Assembly (NCBI RefSeq): GCF_042660085.1
Contig: NZ_JBHSTI010000008.1
Span: forward strand, 1,329,876-1,361,875
DNA: 32,000 nucleotides
Direction of reading: 5' to 3'
From: Longivirga aurantiaca
GTDB taxonomy: Bacteria > Actinomycetota > Actinomycetes > S36-B12 > CAIYMF01
Part shown: positions 1-9,412 of the stretch, piece after piece
Numbering within the stretch: the stretch's first letter is position 1
Layout of the letters: each line of letters opens with the position of its first letter
Made by a program: the position numbers and the translations under genes
Notes under the pieces: model-generated
What the model was told of the DNA's origin: nothing
What the model saw: the letters and a program-made list of their open reading frames with translations, nothing else
Databases searched by the model: none

Positions 1-1243
1 CGAGCCGATGACTCTGCGCAGCGACTGCACGCCCCAGGATCTCGCCCGCGCTCTGGCCGCGGTGCTCGACGACCCTGCGGTCGACTCGGTGGTCGTGTCG
101 CACGTGCCGACGCTCGGCCACGACGGCCGGGCCTGGGAGCGGGTCGTCGCCGAGACCGTGGTGCGCGGGGCAAAGCCGGTCGTGGCGGTGCTCGTGGCCG
201 CGGAGGAGGAGAGCGGGCTGCTGGCCACGCCGGAGGGCGAGGCCGCGGATCTCGCGATGCCCGAGCACGGGTCGGTCCCGTTCTACGGCACCGTCGAGGA
301 CGCCGTGCGCGCGCTGCGCCGGGTCACGCGGTACGCCGAGTGGCGCGCACGACCGCTGGGCGACCTGCCCGAGTTCTCCGACATCGACCACAAGCGGGCG
401 CGCGCGATCGTGGACCAGCTCGTGGGCGAGGAGCTCGACTCCGCTGAGGGCCCGGTGCCCAGCCTCACCGGCCGCGGCAGGGCGGGCGGCGGGCCCGCGG
501 CCACCACGAACACCGCGCACGTGGACGACGACCCGGACGAGGTCGTGCTGTACGCCGAGGACCCCGACGACGACCTCACGCTGCTCCTCGAGCAGTACGG
601 CATCCCGGTGTGGCCGGTGGTCGCCGTGACGAGTGCCGAGCAGGCGGTGGAGGTGGCCGACCGCATCGGCTACCCCGTGGTGCTGAAGACGCTCGACCCG
701 CGCTTCTCCTCGCGCACGGACCTCGGAGGCCTGCGGCTCAACCTCGAGAACGAGCGGGCGGTGCGAACGGCGTTCCGGTCGATGTCGCTGAGCCTCGACC
801 CCGAGGCCGCGGACCGGCTCGTGCTGCAGCACATGGCGACGCCCGGGGTGGCGTGCGTGGTCGGCTCTACCGAGGACCCGCTCTTCGGACCGGTGGTGTC
901 GTTCGGGCTGGCCGGCATGGTGCCCGAGCTGCTCGGCGACCGCGGCTACCGCATCCCGCCGCTCACGGACACCGACGCGCACGACCTCGTCGACGCGCCG
1001 GGGGCCTCGCCGATGCTCAACGGCATCGGGGGCACCGAGCCCGTCGACCACGCCGCGATCGAGGACCTGCTGCTCCGGGTCGGGCAGCTCGCGGACGACG
1101 TGCCCGAGCTCGGCGACCTGCGGCTCGAGCCGGTGGTCGTGGCGGAGGAGGGCCTCGCCGTCCTCGGCGCGCGTGCGGTCCTGCGCAGGCCGCAGGCCCG
1201 TTCGGACGCCGAGGCGCGCCGGCTGGGCGTCGGCGACCTCTAG
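1..1243 (+). CDS. NDP-forming acyl-CoA synthetase / acetate-CoA ligase family protein, C-terminal part (5' truncated by window edge)
   Basis: ORF open to the window edge; CoA-ligase-like segment followed by an ATP-grasp-like region (YPVVLKTLDPRFSSRTDLGGLRLNLENERAVRTAF...). Stop TAG 1241-1243. Confidence 0.85.
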   Translation, partial: EPMTLRSDCTPQDLARALAAVLDDPAVDSVVVSHVPTLGHDGRAWERVVAETVVRGAKPVVAVLVAAEEESGLLATPEGEAADLAMPEHGSVPFYGTVEDAVRALRRVTRYAEWRARPLGDLPEFSDIDHKRARAIVDQLVGEELDSAEGPVPSLTGRGRAGGGPAATTNTAHVDDDPDEVVLYAEDPDDDLTLLLEQYGIPVWPVVAVTSAEQAVEVADRIGYPVVLKTLDPRFSSRTDLGGLRLNLENERAVRTAFRSMSLSLDPEAADRLVLQHMATPGVACVVGSTEDPLFGPVVSFGLAGMVPELLGDRGYRIPPLTDTDAHDLVDAPGASPMLNGIGGTEPVDHAAIEDLLLRVGQLADDVPELGDLRLEPVVVAEEGLAVLGARAVLRRPQARSDAEARRLGVGDL

Positions 1244-1303
1244 GCGGTCCGCTCGGGCCTAACGCAGTGGCACCGTGTCGGGGGTCTCTGATGGACTCGT
1301 GCC

Positions 1304-2602
1304 ATGGACGGCGACGCGGTGCTGGAGCGGCCCGTCTCCATCCGTGAGGTGCTGAACCCGCCGATCATCCGGATGCTCGTCGGCATCGGCTGCTCGGCGC
1401 TCGGCGGCGGCCTCATCATGTCGCTGCTCGTGGTCTACCTCCACCAGGTCCGCGGCCTGCCGCTGCAGCTCGCCGGGCTGGTCCTCACGTTCCAGGCGCT
1501 GCTCGGCCTCGCCTTCTCTCCGCTGGTCGGTCTGGTGGTGGACCGCATCGGTCCCAAGCCCGTGCTGCTCACGGCCCTCGGCATCGAGGCGGTCGGCACC
1601 GTGGCCATCGGGTTCGCGGCGACCGCGCCGCAGGCGTTCCTCGCGGCCGGGATCATGGCCGTGGGCAACGCAGGGCTGTGGGCGCCGCAGGCCGCGATCC
1701 TGTCGCGGCTGACCACGCCAGAACGCCGCCAGCGCGTGTTCGGGCTGCAGTTCATGCTGCTCAACCTCGGCATCGGGCTCGGCGGCCTCGTGGGGGCGGT
1801 CGTCGTCGACGTCGACCGCCCGTGGACCTTCACGGTCCTGTACGCCGCCAACGCGGTGACGTTCCTGGCGTACGCCGTGGCGGTGGCGGGCGTGCGCGGG
1901 GTCAGCGGGCCGGAGGCGCACCCGCCGGAGGAGGGCGAGGACGGCCGGGGCGGCTACCTCCAGGTGCTCTCGGACCGTCGGCTGCGCCGGTACGTCCTCG
2001 GGGCGCTGCTGCTGCTCACCTGCGGCTACGGGTCGATGGAGGTCGGGATCCCGGTGTTCATGACCACCGAGGCCGGCCTGCCGATCAACGCGATCGGCAT
2101 CGTGTTCTTCTTCAACACCCTCGTGATCGTGGTCGCGCAGGTGTGGGTCATCAAGCGCATCGAGGGGCGCTCGCGCTCGAAGGTGCTGCTGCTCGTGGCG
2201 GTGGCGTGGTCGGCGTGCTGGGTGCTGCTCGCGGCATCCTCGCTCGTGAGCGCCGTCGCCGCCGCAGTGGTCATCACGATCGGCGTCAGCATCTTCGCGG
2301 TGGGGGAGACGCTCTGGTCGCCGGTCGCGCCGTCGCTGGTGAACGACTTCGCCGCGCCGCACCTGCGGGGCCGGTACAACGCGGTGGGCGGCCTCGTCTG
2401 GAGCGTCGCCGGCGCGATCGGCCCTGCGTTCGCCGGTGCGCTGCTCGGAGCGGGCCTCGGCGTCCTCTGGGCGCTGCTCGTCGCGGGGGGCGCCCTCATC
2501 GCTGGCCTGGTGCTGCTGTCGCTGCGCCGGCTGCTCACCCCGGCCGAGGACGGCCGGACCGAGCCTGCCGCGTCCGGTGACCCGCTCGGGGTGCGAGGAT
2601 GA
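1304..2602 (+). CDS. MFS transporter
   Basis: 432 aa, about 12 hydrophobic segments, MFS-like loop (SPLVGLVVDRIGPKPVLLTALG). Exact start uncertain. Confidence 0.88.
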   Translation: MDGDAVLERPVSIREVLNPPIIRMLVGIGCSALGGGLIMSLLVVYLHQVRGLPLQLAGLVLTFQALLGLAFSPLVGLVVDRIGPKPVLLTALGIEAVGTVAIGFAATAPQAFLAAGIMAVGNAGLWAPQAAILSRLTTPERRQRVFGLQFMLLNLGIGLGGLVGAVVVDVDRPWTFTVLYAANAVTFLAYAVAVAGVRGVSGPEAHPPEEGEDGRGGYLQVLSDRRLRRYVLGALLLLTCGYGSMEVGIPVFMTTEAGLPINAIGIVFFFNTLVIVVAQVWVIKRIEGRSRSKVLLLVAVAWSACWVLLAASSLVSAVAAAVVITIGVSIFAVGETLWSPVAPSLVNDFAAPHLRGRYNAVGGLVWSVAGAIGPAFAGALLGAGLGVLWALLVAGGALIAGLVLLSLRRLLTPAEDGRTEPAASGDPLGVRG

Positions 2603-2606
2603 GCGC

Positions 2607-3194
2607 ATGTCGAACGACGCCACCCTCGCTCCGCGCCTGCGCGCCGACATCGAGCGCAGCGGCTACTACCCGGAGCTCGTGAGCGACACGCTCGACACCG
2701 CGCTCGCCAACGAGGCGGTCGTGGCGTACGTCGTGCACCACGAGGCCACCTTCGACCACGACGAGCTGCGCCGCCACGTCACCGTGCTCGCGCTCACCCC
2801 GACCCGGCTCATCGTCGGGCACACCGACGAGCACCCGGCCGACGAGACGTCGTCGCACGCGTACGCCACGGCGTCCACCGAGGCCGTGCGGATCGAGCGG
2901 ATCGACTCCGTCGTCGTCACCCGCGTCGCAGCGGACGCCGCCAAGCACAAGAGGGGCGCCCCGGTCCGCGAGGTCGTGCTCACCATCGGGTGGGGCGCCG
3001 TCAGCCGCATCGACCTCGAGCCGGCCTCGTGCGGCGACCCGCAGTGCGATGCCGACCACGGCTACACGGGCACGGCGTCCAACGACGACCTCGCGCTGCG
3101 CGTGTCCGAGGCCGCCGACGGCGCCCCGGTGGTCGCCCAGACGCTGGAGTTCGCCGCGGCCCTGTCCCAGGCGACGGCGCACCGCACCCGCTGA
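2607..3194 (+). CDS. DUF5998 family protein
   Basis: Internal ATG 2607 (MSNDATLAPRLRADIERSGYYPELVSDTLDTAL...) in the 2436-3194 frame; resembles conserved actinobacterial DUF5998 proteins adjacent to thymidine kinase. Confidence 0.75.
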   Translation: MSNDATLAPRLRADIERSGYYPELVSDTLDTALANEAVVAYVVHHEATFDHDELRRHVTVLALTPTRLIVGHTDEHPADETSSHAYATASTEAVRIERIDSVVVTRVAADAAKHKRGAPVREVVLTIGWGAVSRIDLEPASCGDPQCDADHGYTGTASNDDLALRVSEAADGAPVVAQTLEFAAALSQATAHRTR

Positions 3195-3332
3195 TCGGGG
3201 TGTCCCCGCCCGCGGCCGAGGCCCGGCAGGGATACTGGTGGCCTTCCCCGAGCACGAGCACGTGAGCACCACGTCCGACCCCCGCCCCCGGGCGCCGCTG
3301 GCCGCGGCGTCCGCCGTGCCTCGAGGAGCCGC

Positions 3333-3989
3333 ATGGCCGAGCTGGTCTTCTTCTCCGGGACCATGGACTGCGGCAAGTCCACCCTGGCCCTGCAGACCGA
3401 CCACAACCACGCGGCCCGAGGCCGCGCGGGCATCGTGTTCAGCCGGCTCGACCGGGCGGGGGAGGACACGCTCTCCAGCCGCCTGGGCCTCAAGGTGCCG
3501 GCGGTCGAGGTGTCGGCCGGGACCGACTTCTGGCAGCACGTGACCGACGTCCTCGCGGGCGGCGGCCGCGTCGACTACCTCATCTGCGACGAGGCCCAGT
3601 TCTACGAGCGCGAGCAGGTCGACCAGCTCGCCCGCATCGTCGACGAGCTCTCGATCGACGTCTTCGCCTTCGGCATCCTCACCGACTTCCGCACCGAGCT
3701 GTTCCCGGGGTCGCGGCGCCTCACCGAGCTCGCCGACAAGGTGCAGGTGCTGCAGGTGGAGGCCCTCTGCTGGTGCGGCCGCCGCGCCACGCACAACGCG
3801 CGCACGGTGAACGGCGTGATGGTGGTCGAGGGCGACCAGGTCGTGGTCGGCGACACCTTCAGCGCGGACGTCGTGGCGTACGAGGTGCTCTGCCGGCGCC
3901 ACCACACCCGTCGGATGACGGCCGTGACCTCGATGCACGCCCACATGAGCCCGACCCCGCTGCCCTTCGACGAGCCCGCCCGCGCATGA
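3333..3989 (+). CDS. tdk: thymidine kinase
   Basis: N-terminal ELVFFSGTMDCGKSTLALQ P-loop, DEAQF motif, zinc-ribbon-like cysteines (CWCG...CRRHH); SD-like GAGGAG upstream. Confidence 0.96.
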   Translation: MAELVFFSGTMDCGKSTLALQTDHNHAARGRAGIVFSRLDRAGEDTLSSRLGLKVPAVEVSAGTDFWQHVTDVLAGGGRVDYLICDEAQFYEREQVDQLARIVDELSIDVFAFGILTDFRTELFPGSRRLTELADKVQVLQVEALCWCGRRATHNARTVNGVMVVEGDQVVVGDTFSADVVAYEVLCRRHHTRRMTAVTSMHAHMSPTPLPFDEPARA

Positions 3990-4840
3990 CCTTCCTCGTC
4001 GACGCGGTCGCGCTGGAGGCCGAGCTCGCCTCGGACCGTCCGCCGGTCCTGCTCGACACCCGGTGGAGCCTGTCCGGCCCGCCCGGTCGCGAGGTCTTCG
4101 CCGCGGGCCACCTGCCCGGCGCGGTCTTCGTCGACCTCGACGCGGATCTCGCCTCGCCGCCCGGTCGTGGGGGTCGGCACCCGCTGCCCGATCCCTCCCG
4201 GTTCGCGGCGGCCATGCGCCGGGCCGGTGTCACGCTCGACCGGCCGGTCGTCGTGATGGACGGCCGCGAGGGTTCGCAGGCCGCGCGGATGTGGTGGCTG
4301 CTGCGCCACCACGGCCACGACGACGTACGGCTGCTCGACGGCGGCCTCGCCGCCTGGGCCGACTCCGGGGGAGACGTGGCGACGGGCGAGGTGCTGCCGC
4401 CGTACGGCGACGACGGACCGCCCGACGGCGTGCGCTTCACCGCCGACCTCGCGCGGCTGCCGGTGCTCGACGCGGCCGGCGCGGCCGCGATGGCGCGCGA
4501 CGGCGTGCTGCTCGACGCCCGCGCCGAGGCCCGCTACCTCGGCCGGACCGAGCCCATCGACCCCGTGGCCGGCCACATCCCGGGCGCCGTCTGCTTCCCG
4601 ACCCTCGACCTCGTCGTGCCCGACGGCCGGTTCCTGCCGGCCGACGTGCTGCGCGTGCTGTTCGCGGGTGTCGACGTACGACCGGGCACGCCGGTGGGCG
4701 TCTACTGCGGCTCGGGCGTCACGGCCTCGCACGAGGTGCTGGCGCTCGCCGAGGCGGGCATCGAGGCGGCGCTGTACGCCGGATCCTGGTCCGACTGGAT
4801 CACCGACCCCGCCCGACCCGTCGCCACGACCGAGCGCTAG
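3986..4840 (+). CDS. sulfurtransferase, tandem rhodanese domains
   Basis: ATG 3986 overlaps the tdk stop (ATGA); rhodanese hallmarks LLDTRWSL...GHLPGAVFVDLD and C-terminal CGSGVTA active-site loop. Confidence 0.93.
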   Translation: MTFLVDAVALEAELASDRPPVLLDTRWSLSGPPGREVFAAGHLPGAVFVDLDADLASPPGRGGRHPLPDPSRFAAAMRRAGVTLDRPVVVMDGREGSQAARMWWLLRHHGHDDVRLLDGGLAAWADSGGDVATGEVLPPYGDDGPPDGVRFTADLARLPVLDAAGAAAMARDGVLLDARAEARYLGRTEPIDPVAGHIPGAVCFPTLDLVVPDGRFLPADVLRVLFAGVDVRPGTPVGVYCGSGVTASHEVLALAEAGIEAALYAGSWSDWITDPARPVATTER

Positions 4841-4843
4841 CGC

Positions 4844-4899
4844 CTCACGCACGCAGGTGCCAGAAAGCCCTGGTGGTTTCTGGCACCTGCGTGGGTGAG
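4844..4899. terminator. long inverted repeat between convergent genes, candidate bidirectional terminator
   Basis: CTCACGCACGCAGGTGCCAGAAA (4844-4866) / TTTCTGGCACCTGCGTGGGTGAG (4877-4899): 23-bp arms with one mismatch and a 10-nt loop. Confidence 0.7.
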
Positions 4900-4915
4900 A
4901 CAGGCGTGGCGGGGA

Positions 4916-5866
4916 TCAGCTCTCGGGGTCGCGGGCGCCGAAGAGGATCTCGTCCCAGCTCGGCACGCTGGCGCGCGGCTTGCTGCCCTTCTGGGCGTCG
5001 CCGACCGGGGGCGGGGTCTCGCGGGCGGCCTTGCGGCGGGCGCGGCGGGTCTGGCGGTTATCCGGGCGCTTGAGGCCAGGGAGAGTGTCGTAGAGGTCGT
5101 GCAGCGGCGACTCGTCCTCGGGCTCGATCGGCGGACGGTCCATGAGGTCGACGACGTCGGCGCTCGGCTCGTTCTCGACGATCGCGCTGAAGGCGGCGTC
5201 GGGGTCGACGTCCTCGTCGTCCCAGTGGTCGACGTCGTCAGCGCTCGGCAGGCCCACGAGGAACGGCCGGCCGTCGACGTTCACCTCCTCCGTAGCACGC
5301 TCGCCGAGCAGCCATGCGCTGGCGGTGTCGTCGGCCGACAGGGTGCGGACGCTGTTGTCGTAGATCCAGAGCGCGGCGGTGGCGCCGACGGCGACGGACT
5401 GGCGCGGCTCCCAGGAGGCGAGGACCGACCAGGTGCCGTCCTCGCGGCGCCAGGCGTCCCACTCGAGGGTGCCGGCGTCGACGCCGCCGCTCTCGAGCGC
5501 GGCCGCGACCGTCTCCTCGAGCGTGGCGGAGGTGCCGGCGGTGCGGAGCTCGGTGGAGCGGGCCTGGCCGGCCATGTGCTCGCGCTCGGCGAGCACCGGG
5601 CCGGCGAAGCGCATGACCCGCTCGACCGTGAGGCCGGAGGTCGCGGCGATGTCGTCGGGGGTCTGCCCGTGGCGCACCCGCATCTGGATGTCGCGGGGCG
5701 AGGTGCCGTCGAGCGCGATCTCGAGCTGGCCGAGGCGGCTCTTGTCGCGGCGGACGGCGGCCTCGAGCCGCTCGTCGCAGGGGACGGTGTAGCGCGTGCC
5801 GTCGGTGCTGCTGAGCACCAGGCTCGAGCCGTCCTCGCTGAGCCCGACGAACGCAAGGTCGCGCAT
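4916..5866 (-). CDS. sepH: septation protein SepH (DUF3071 family)
   Basis: MRDLAFVGLSEDGSSLVLSSTDGTRYTVPCDERL start with AGGAGG upstream; HTH-like DIAATSGLTVERVMRFAGPVLAERE; typical downstream location of tdk/rhodanese. Confidence 0.9.
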   Translation of the reverse strand: MRDLAFVGLSEDGSSLVLSSTDGTRYTVPCDERLEAAVRRDKSRLGQLEIALDGTSPRDIQMRVRHGQTPDDIAATSGLTVERVMRFAGPVLAEREHMAGQARSTELRTAGTSATLEETVAAALESGGVDAGTLEWDAWRREDGTWSVLASWEPRQSVAVGATAALWIYDNSVRTLSADDTASAWLLGERATEEVNVDGRPFLVGLPSADDVDHWDDEDVDPDAAFSAIVENEPSADVVDLMDRPPIEPEDESPLHDLYDTLPGLKRPDNRQTRRARRKAARETPPPVGDAQKGSKPRASVPSWDEILFGARDPES

Positions 5867-5974
5867 CGGTCCTCCTGCCGTCCGGGCACCCGTCCCGGGC
5901 GCTGCCTCGTCAGTCTCGCCCGAGGAGGGCCCCGCGTCGAGGACCGCCACGCGGCCCGATGCCCCGATCGGGTC

Positions 5975-7207
5975 TCAGACGGGGTCTCCGTGGGCGTCCA
6001 CGCCGTTGTCGGAGTCGGCACCCGCGAGCGAGCGCACGAGGTACGGCGTCCCCGCGGCACCGATGAGCGCCGCCATGATCGACGAGACCACGAGCACCCA
6101 GTAGGCCGTGGACGCGCCGTACGCGTCGATGATCGGTCCCGAGACCGAGGTGCCGGTGGCGAAGCCGACGGTGAGCCCGGCCATCACCACGGTGAGCCCC
6201 TCGGTGAGCCGCTGCGACGGCACGAGCCGCTCGACCAGCGCGAAGCCGGTGATGAGGCTGGGCGCCACTGCGAAGCCCGCGACGAAGGCGGCGACGCCGA
6301 GGAGCGCAGGCGACCCGATGAACGGGAACGGCACGGAGACGAGGGCGACGAGCAGGAGGTAGGTGCGGAACTGCGTGGGCAGCGGTGTGCGCAGGTGCAG
6401 CGCGCCCAGGGTGAGGCCTGCGATTCCGGAGCCGAGCGCGTAGAGGGCCAGGAGCAGACCGGTCCAGCCGCGCACGTCGTACTCCGCAGCGAACGCGACA
6501 GTGACCACCTCGGACGAGCCGAACACCGAGCCGACGAAGAAGAAGACGCCCACGATGAGGGGGACGCCGGCGTACCGGATCGCAGCCCGCCCGCCCACGT
6601 GCGCGTTGCCGGCGGCCGGCGGCTCGGTGGCGCGCAGCGGCGCGAGCAGGAGGGCGCCGATCGTGAGCAGCACGATGCTCGCGCCGATGGCGCCCCAGGT
6701 GACGAGCGAGATGGCGAGCAGCGTGGCCAGCGGGGGACCGGCGACGAACACGACCTCGTCGACGACGGACTCGAACGCGAACGCCGTGCGCACGTCCTTC
6801 GGCTCGTCGAGCACGTGCGCCCACCGGGCGCGGGCGAGCGACCCGAAGTTGGGCACCAGCGCCTCGCCGATCGCGAACGAGACGAACCATGTCCACACGG
6901 GGGCGTCGACCAGCACCAGCACGACGAACGTCAGCTGAAGCGTGACCGCGCCGGTGACGACCAGCGGCAGCACCCGGTGCTGGCTGTAGCGGTCGATGTA
7001 GCGCGCGACGAACGGGCCGACGAGCGCGTTCGCGAGCGCACCGGTCGCCGACACGGCGGCGGCCACGGTGTACGACTCGCCGCGCAGTGTGAGGAAGAGC
7101 ACCACGCCGAGGCCGAGCATCGACATCGGCAGCCGCGCCACGAACGCCGCGAAGCTGAACCGGAACGTGCCGGGGCGACGCAGGAGGTCGAGGTACGGGC
7201 GCAGCAC
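5975..7207 (-). CDS. MFS transporter
   Basis: 410 aa, about 12 hydrophobic segments, GPFVARYIDRYSQHRVLPLVV loop. Start GTG 7207. Confidence 0.88.
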   Translation of the reverse strand: MLRPYLDLLRRPGTFRFSFAAFVARLPMSMLGLGVVLFLTLRGESYTVAAAVSATGALANALVGPFVARYIDRYSQHRVLPLVVTGAVTLQLTFVVLVLVDAPVWTWFVSFAIGEALVPNFGSLARARWAHVLDEPKDVRTAFAFESVVDEVVFVAGPPLATLLAISLVTWGAIGASIVLLTIGALLLAPLRATEPPAAGNAHVGGRAAIRYAGVPLIVGVFFFVGSVFGSSEVVTVAFAAEYDVRGWTGLLLALYALGSGIAGLTLGALHLRTPLPTQFRTYLLLVALVSVPFPFIGSPALLGVAAFVAGFAVAPSLITGFALVERLVPSQRLTEGLTVVMAGLTVGFATGTSVSGPIIDAYGASTAYWVLVVSSIMAALIGAAGTPYLVRSLAGADSDNGVDAHGDPV

Positions 7208-7265
7208 CCCGTGACGCTATCGACCGGGAGTGCGTGCCGACGAATCCGTTGCAAGGATCGGTGTC

Positions 7266-8354
7266 GTGACCCTCACCGGACCCCGTGGCTCGTACGACGC
7301 CCTCCTCCTCGTCTCGTTCGGCGGCCCGGAGGGCCCGGACGACGTCGTGCCGTTCCTCGAGAACGTCACGCGCGGCCGCGGGATCCCGCGCGAGCGCCTC
7401 GTCGAGGTGGGTGCGCACTACACGGCGTTCGGCGGCGTCTCGCCGATCAACCAGCAGAACCGGGACCTCCTCGCAGCGCTGCGCGCCGACCTCGCCGGCG
7501 CGGGCGTCGACCTGCCCGTCTACTGGGGCAACCGCAACTGGGACCCCTACCTCGCCGACGCGCTCCGCGAGATGCGCGACGACGGCATCACCTCGGCGAT
7601 CTGCCTCATGACGAGCGCCTACTCGTCGTACTCCGGCTGCCGCCAGTACCGCGAGAACCTCGCGGACGCCGTCGCCGAGGTGGAGGCCGACGGCCAGGGC
7701 CCGGCTCCGCGCCTGGACAAGCTCAGGCACTTCTTCGACCACCCCGGGTTCGTCGACCCGATGGTCGACTCGGTCGTCGCCTGCGTCGAGCGGCTCGCGG
7801 CGGACGGCGTCGCGTCGCCGCGCCTCGTGTTCACCACGCACTCCATCCCGACGGCGTCCGCCGACACCTCGGGCCCCGAGGGCGGGGCGTACGTCGCCCA
7901 GCACCGCGAGGTCGCGGCGCTCGTCGCGGCCGCGGCGGCGCGACGGGTCGAGGTGCAGGAGGGTTGGGACCTCGTCTACCAGTCGCGGTCCGGCGCCCCG
8001 CAGATCCCGTGGCTCGAGCCCGACATCAGCGACCACCTGGCGGCGCTGAGGTCCGATGGCGTGCCCGGCGTGGTGATCGTGCCTATCGGCTTCGTGAGCG
8101 ACCACATGGAGGTCGTGTGGGACCTCGACACCGTGGCGCTCGAGGACGCCAGGGCGCTGGGCCTCCCTGCGCTGCGATCGGCGACGGTGGGCACCGACCC
8201 GCGGTTCGTCGCGATGGTGCGCGAGCTCGTCCTCGAGCGGGTGGGAGCTGCCGAGCCGCGGTCCCTGTCGCCGCTCGGCCCGATGCACGACGTCTGCCCC
8301 GGCACCTGCTGCCCCAACCCTCGCGGGGAGCGGCCGGCGCTGTGCCAGATGTGA
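7266..8354 (+). CDS. hemH: ferrochelatase (coproporphyrin III ferrochelatase type)
   Basis: [33 protein letters not shown]-terminus and [12 protein letters not shown]; C-terminal cysteines (CPGTCCPN). Track start is 7230; I prefer GTG 7266. Confidence 0.93.
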   Translation: MTLTGPRGSYDALLLVSFGGPEGPDDVVPFLENVTRGRGIPRERLVEVGAHYTAFGGVSPINQQNRDLLAALRADLAGAGVDLPVYWGNRNWDPYLADALREMRDDGITSAICLMTSAYSSYSGCRQYRENLADAVAEVEADGQGPAPRLDKLRHFFDHPGFVDPMVDSVVACVERLAADGVASPRLVFTTHSIPTASADTSGPEGGAYVAQHREVAALVAAAAARRVEVQEGWDLVYQSRSGAPQIPWLEPDISDHLAALRSDGVPGVVIVPIGFVSDHMEVVWDLDTVALEDARALGLPALRSATVGTDPRFVAMVRELVLERVGAAEPRSLSPLGPMHDVCPGTCCPNPRGERPALCQM

Positions 8355-8408
8355 CGGGACGGGTCTGACGGGCCGGGTCTGGCGGGCCAGGTCTGACAGG
8401 ATCGCGGC

Positions 8409-9236
8409 ATGGACATCGAGTACGACCCCCTCCTGCTCGACGAGCTGCACGACCTCGCCATCGCTGCTGCACGGGAGGCGGGCGCGCTGGTCCTCGAGGG
8501 CCGGCGCGGCCGGATCGAGGTCGCGGCCACGAAGTCCAGCGCCACCGACGTCGTCACCGAGATGGACCGCCACTGCGAGGCGCTCCTCGTCGACCGCCTG
8601 CTGTCCCAGCGCCCCGACGACGGCGTGCTCGGGGAGGAGGGCTCGTCCCACATCGGCTCGACCGGTGTCCGCTGGGTGCTCGACCCCATCGACGGCACCG
8701 TCAACTACCTCTACGGCCTGCCCGAGTGGGGCGTGTCGGTGGCGGCCGAGATCGACGGGATCGTCGTCGTCGGGGTGGTCGAGGTGCCGGCCCTGGGGGA
8801 GTCGTACGTCGCGGTGGTCGGCCGCGGCGCACGCCTGCACGACCGGTACGGCGTGCACGACCTCCGGGTGAACGATCCGGTGCCGCTCGCGCAGGCGCTC
8901 GTGGCGACCGGCTTCGGCTACCGGGTCGAGCGGCGGGTGGCCCAGGCACGCGTCGTCGAGCAGGTCGTCCCGCGGGTGCGCGACATCCGGCGCGGAGGCG
9001 CCTGCAGCGTCGACCTCTGCTCGGTCGCGGCCGGTCGGGTGGATGCGTACTACGAGCGCGGGCCCATGGCCTGGGACCTCGCGGCGGGCGGCCTCGTCGC
9101 CACCGAGGCGGGCGCGCGGCTCGAGGGGCTGCGCGGCGCGCAGGCCGGCGAGGACCTCATCGTCGCAGCCGGTCCGGCACTGTTCCCCGAGCTGCACGAC
9201 CTGCTGGCAGACCTCCGGGCCGACACGGACGACTAG
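8409..9236 (+). CDS. inositol monophosphatase family protein
   Basis: GEEGSS, WVLDPIDGTVNYLYGLPEWGVS and AWDLAAGGLVATEAG motifs. Confidence 0.93.
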   Translation: MDIEYDPLLLDELHDLAIAAAREAGALVLEGRRGRIEVAATKSSATDVVTEMDRHCEALLVDRLLSQRPDDGVLGEEGSSHIGSTGVRWVLDPIDGTVNYLYGLPEWGVSVAAEIDGIVVVGVVEVPALGESYVAVVGRGARLHDRYGVHDLRVNDPVPLAQALVATGFGYRVERRVAQARVVEQVVPRVRDIRRGGACSVDLCSVAAGRVDAYYERGPMAWDLAAGGLVATEAGARLEGLRGAQAGEDLIVAAGPALFPELHDLLADLRADTDD

Positions 9237-9264
9237 CGCGGGGTCAGCCTCGCGGCACGAGCGC

Positions 9265-9283
9265 CGGAGCGAGGAGAGCTCCG
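9265..9283 (+). terminator. weak terminator-like hairpin
   Basis: CGGAGC-gaggaga-GCTCCG, 6-bp stem, no T-tract, just after the inositol monophosphatase stop. Confidence 0.3.
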
Positions 9284-9412
9284 TGGCCTGTCCGTGCGCG
9301 CCTGGTCATGACCTGCGCCCCCTTCGTCCAGTCCGGGTGTCGTCGGGCGTGGGCCCGCGTCGTGAACGGGGCTCGTGATCGAGAGCGAGAACTGAGGGTG
9401 GAGAGTGGTGCC

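Noticed and set aside
3196-3208. CGGGGTGTCCCCG mini-hairpin after the DUF5998 gene
   Set aside because: Only a 5-bp stem in GC-rich DNA; expected by chance and not convincing as a terminator.
4895-8368. 1157-aa plus-strand ORF, antisense to sepH and an MFS gene and overlapping hemH in another frame
   Set aside because: Low-complexity R/A/G/D-rich translation typical of shadow frames in GC-rich DNA; sepH, MFS and hemH in the overlapping frames have clear family motifs and start signals.
5910-9197. 1095-aa minus-strand ORF
   Set aside because: Shadow ORF across hemH and the inositol monophosphatase gene; no recognisable domain and compositionally biased.
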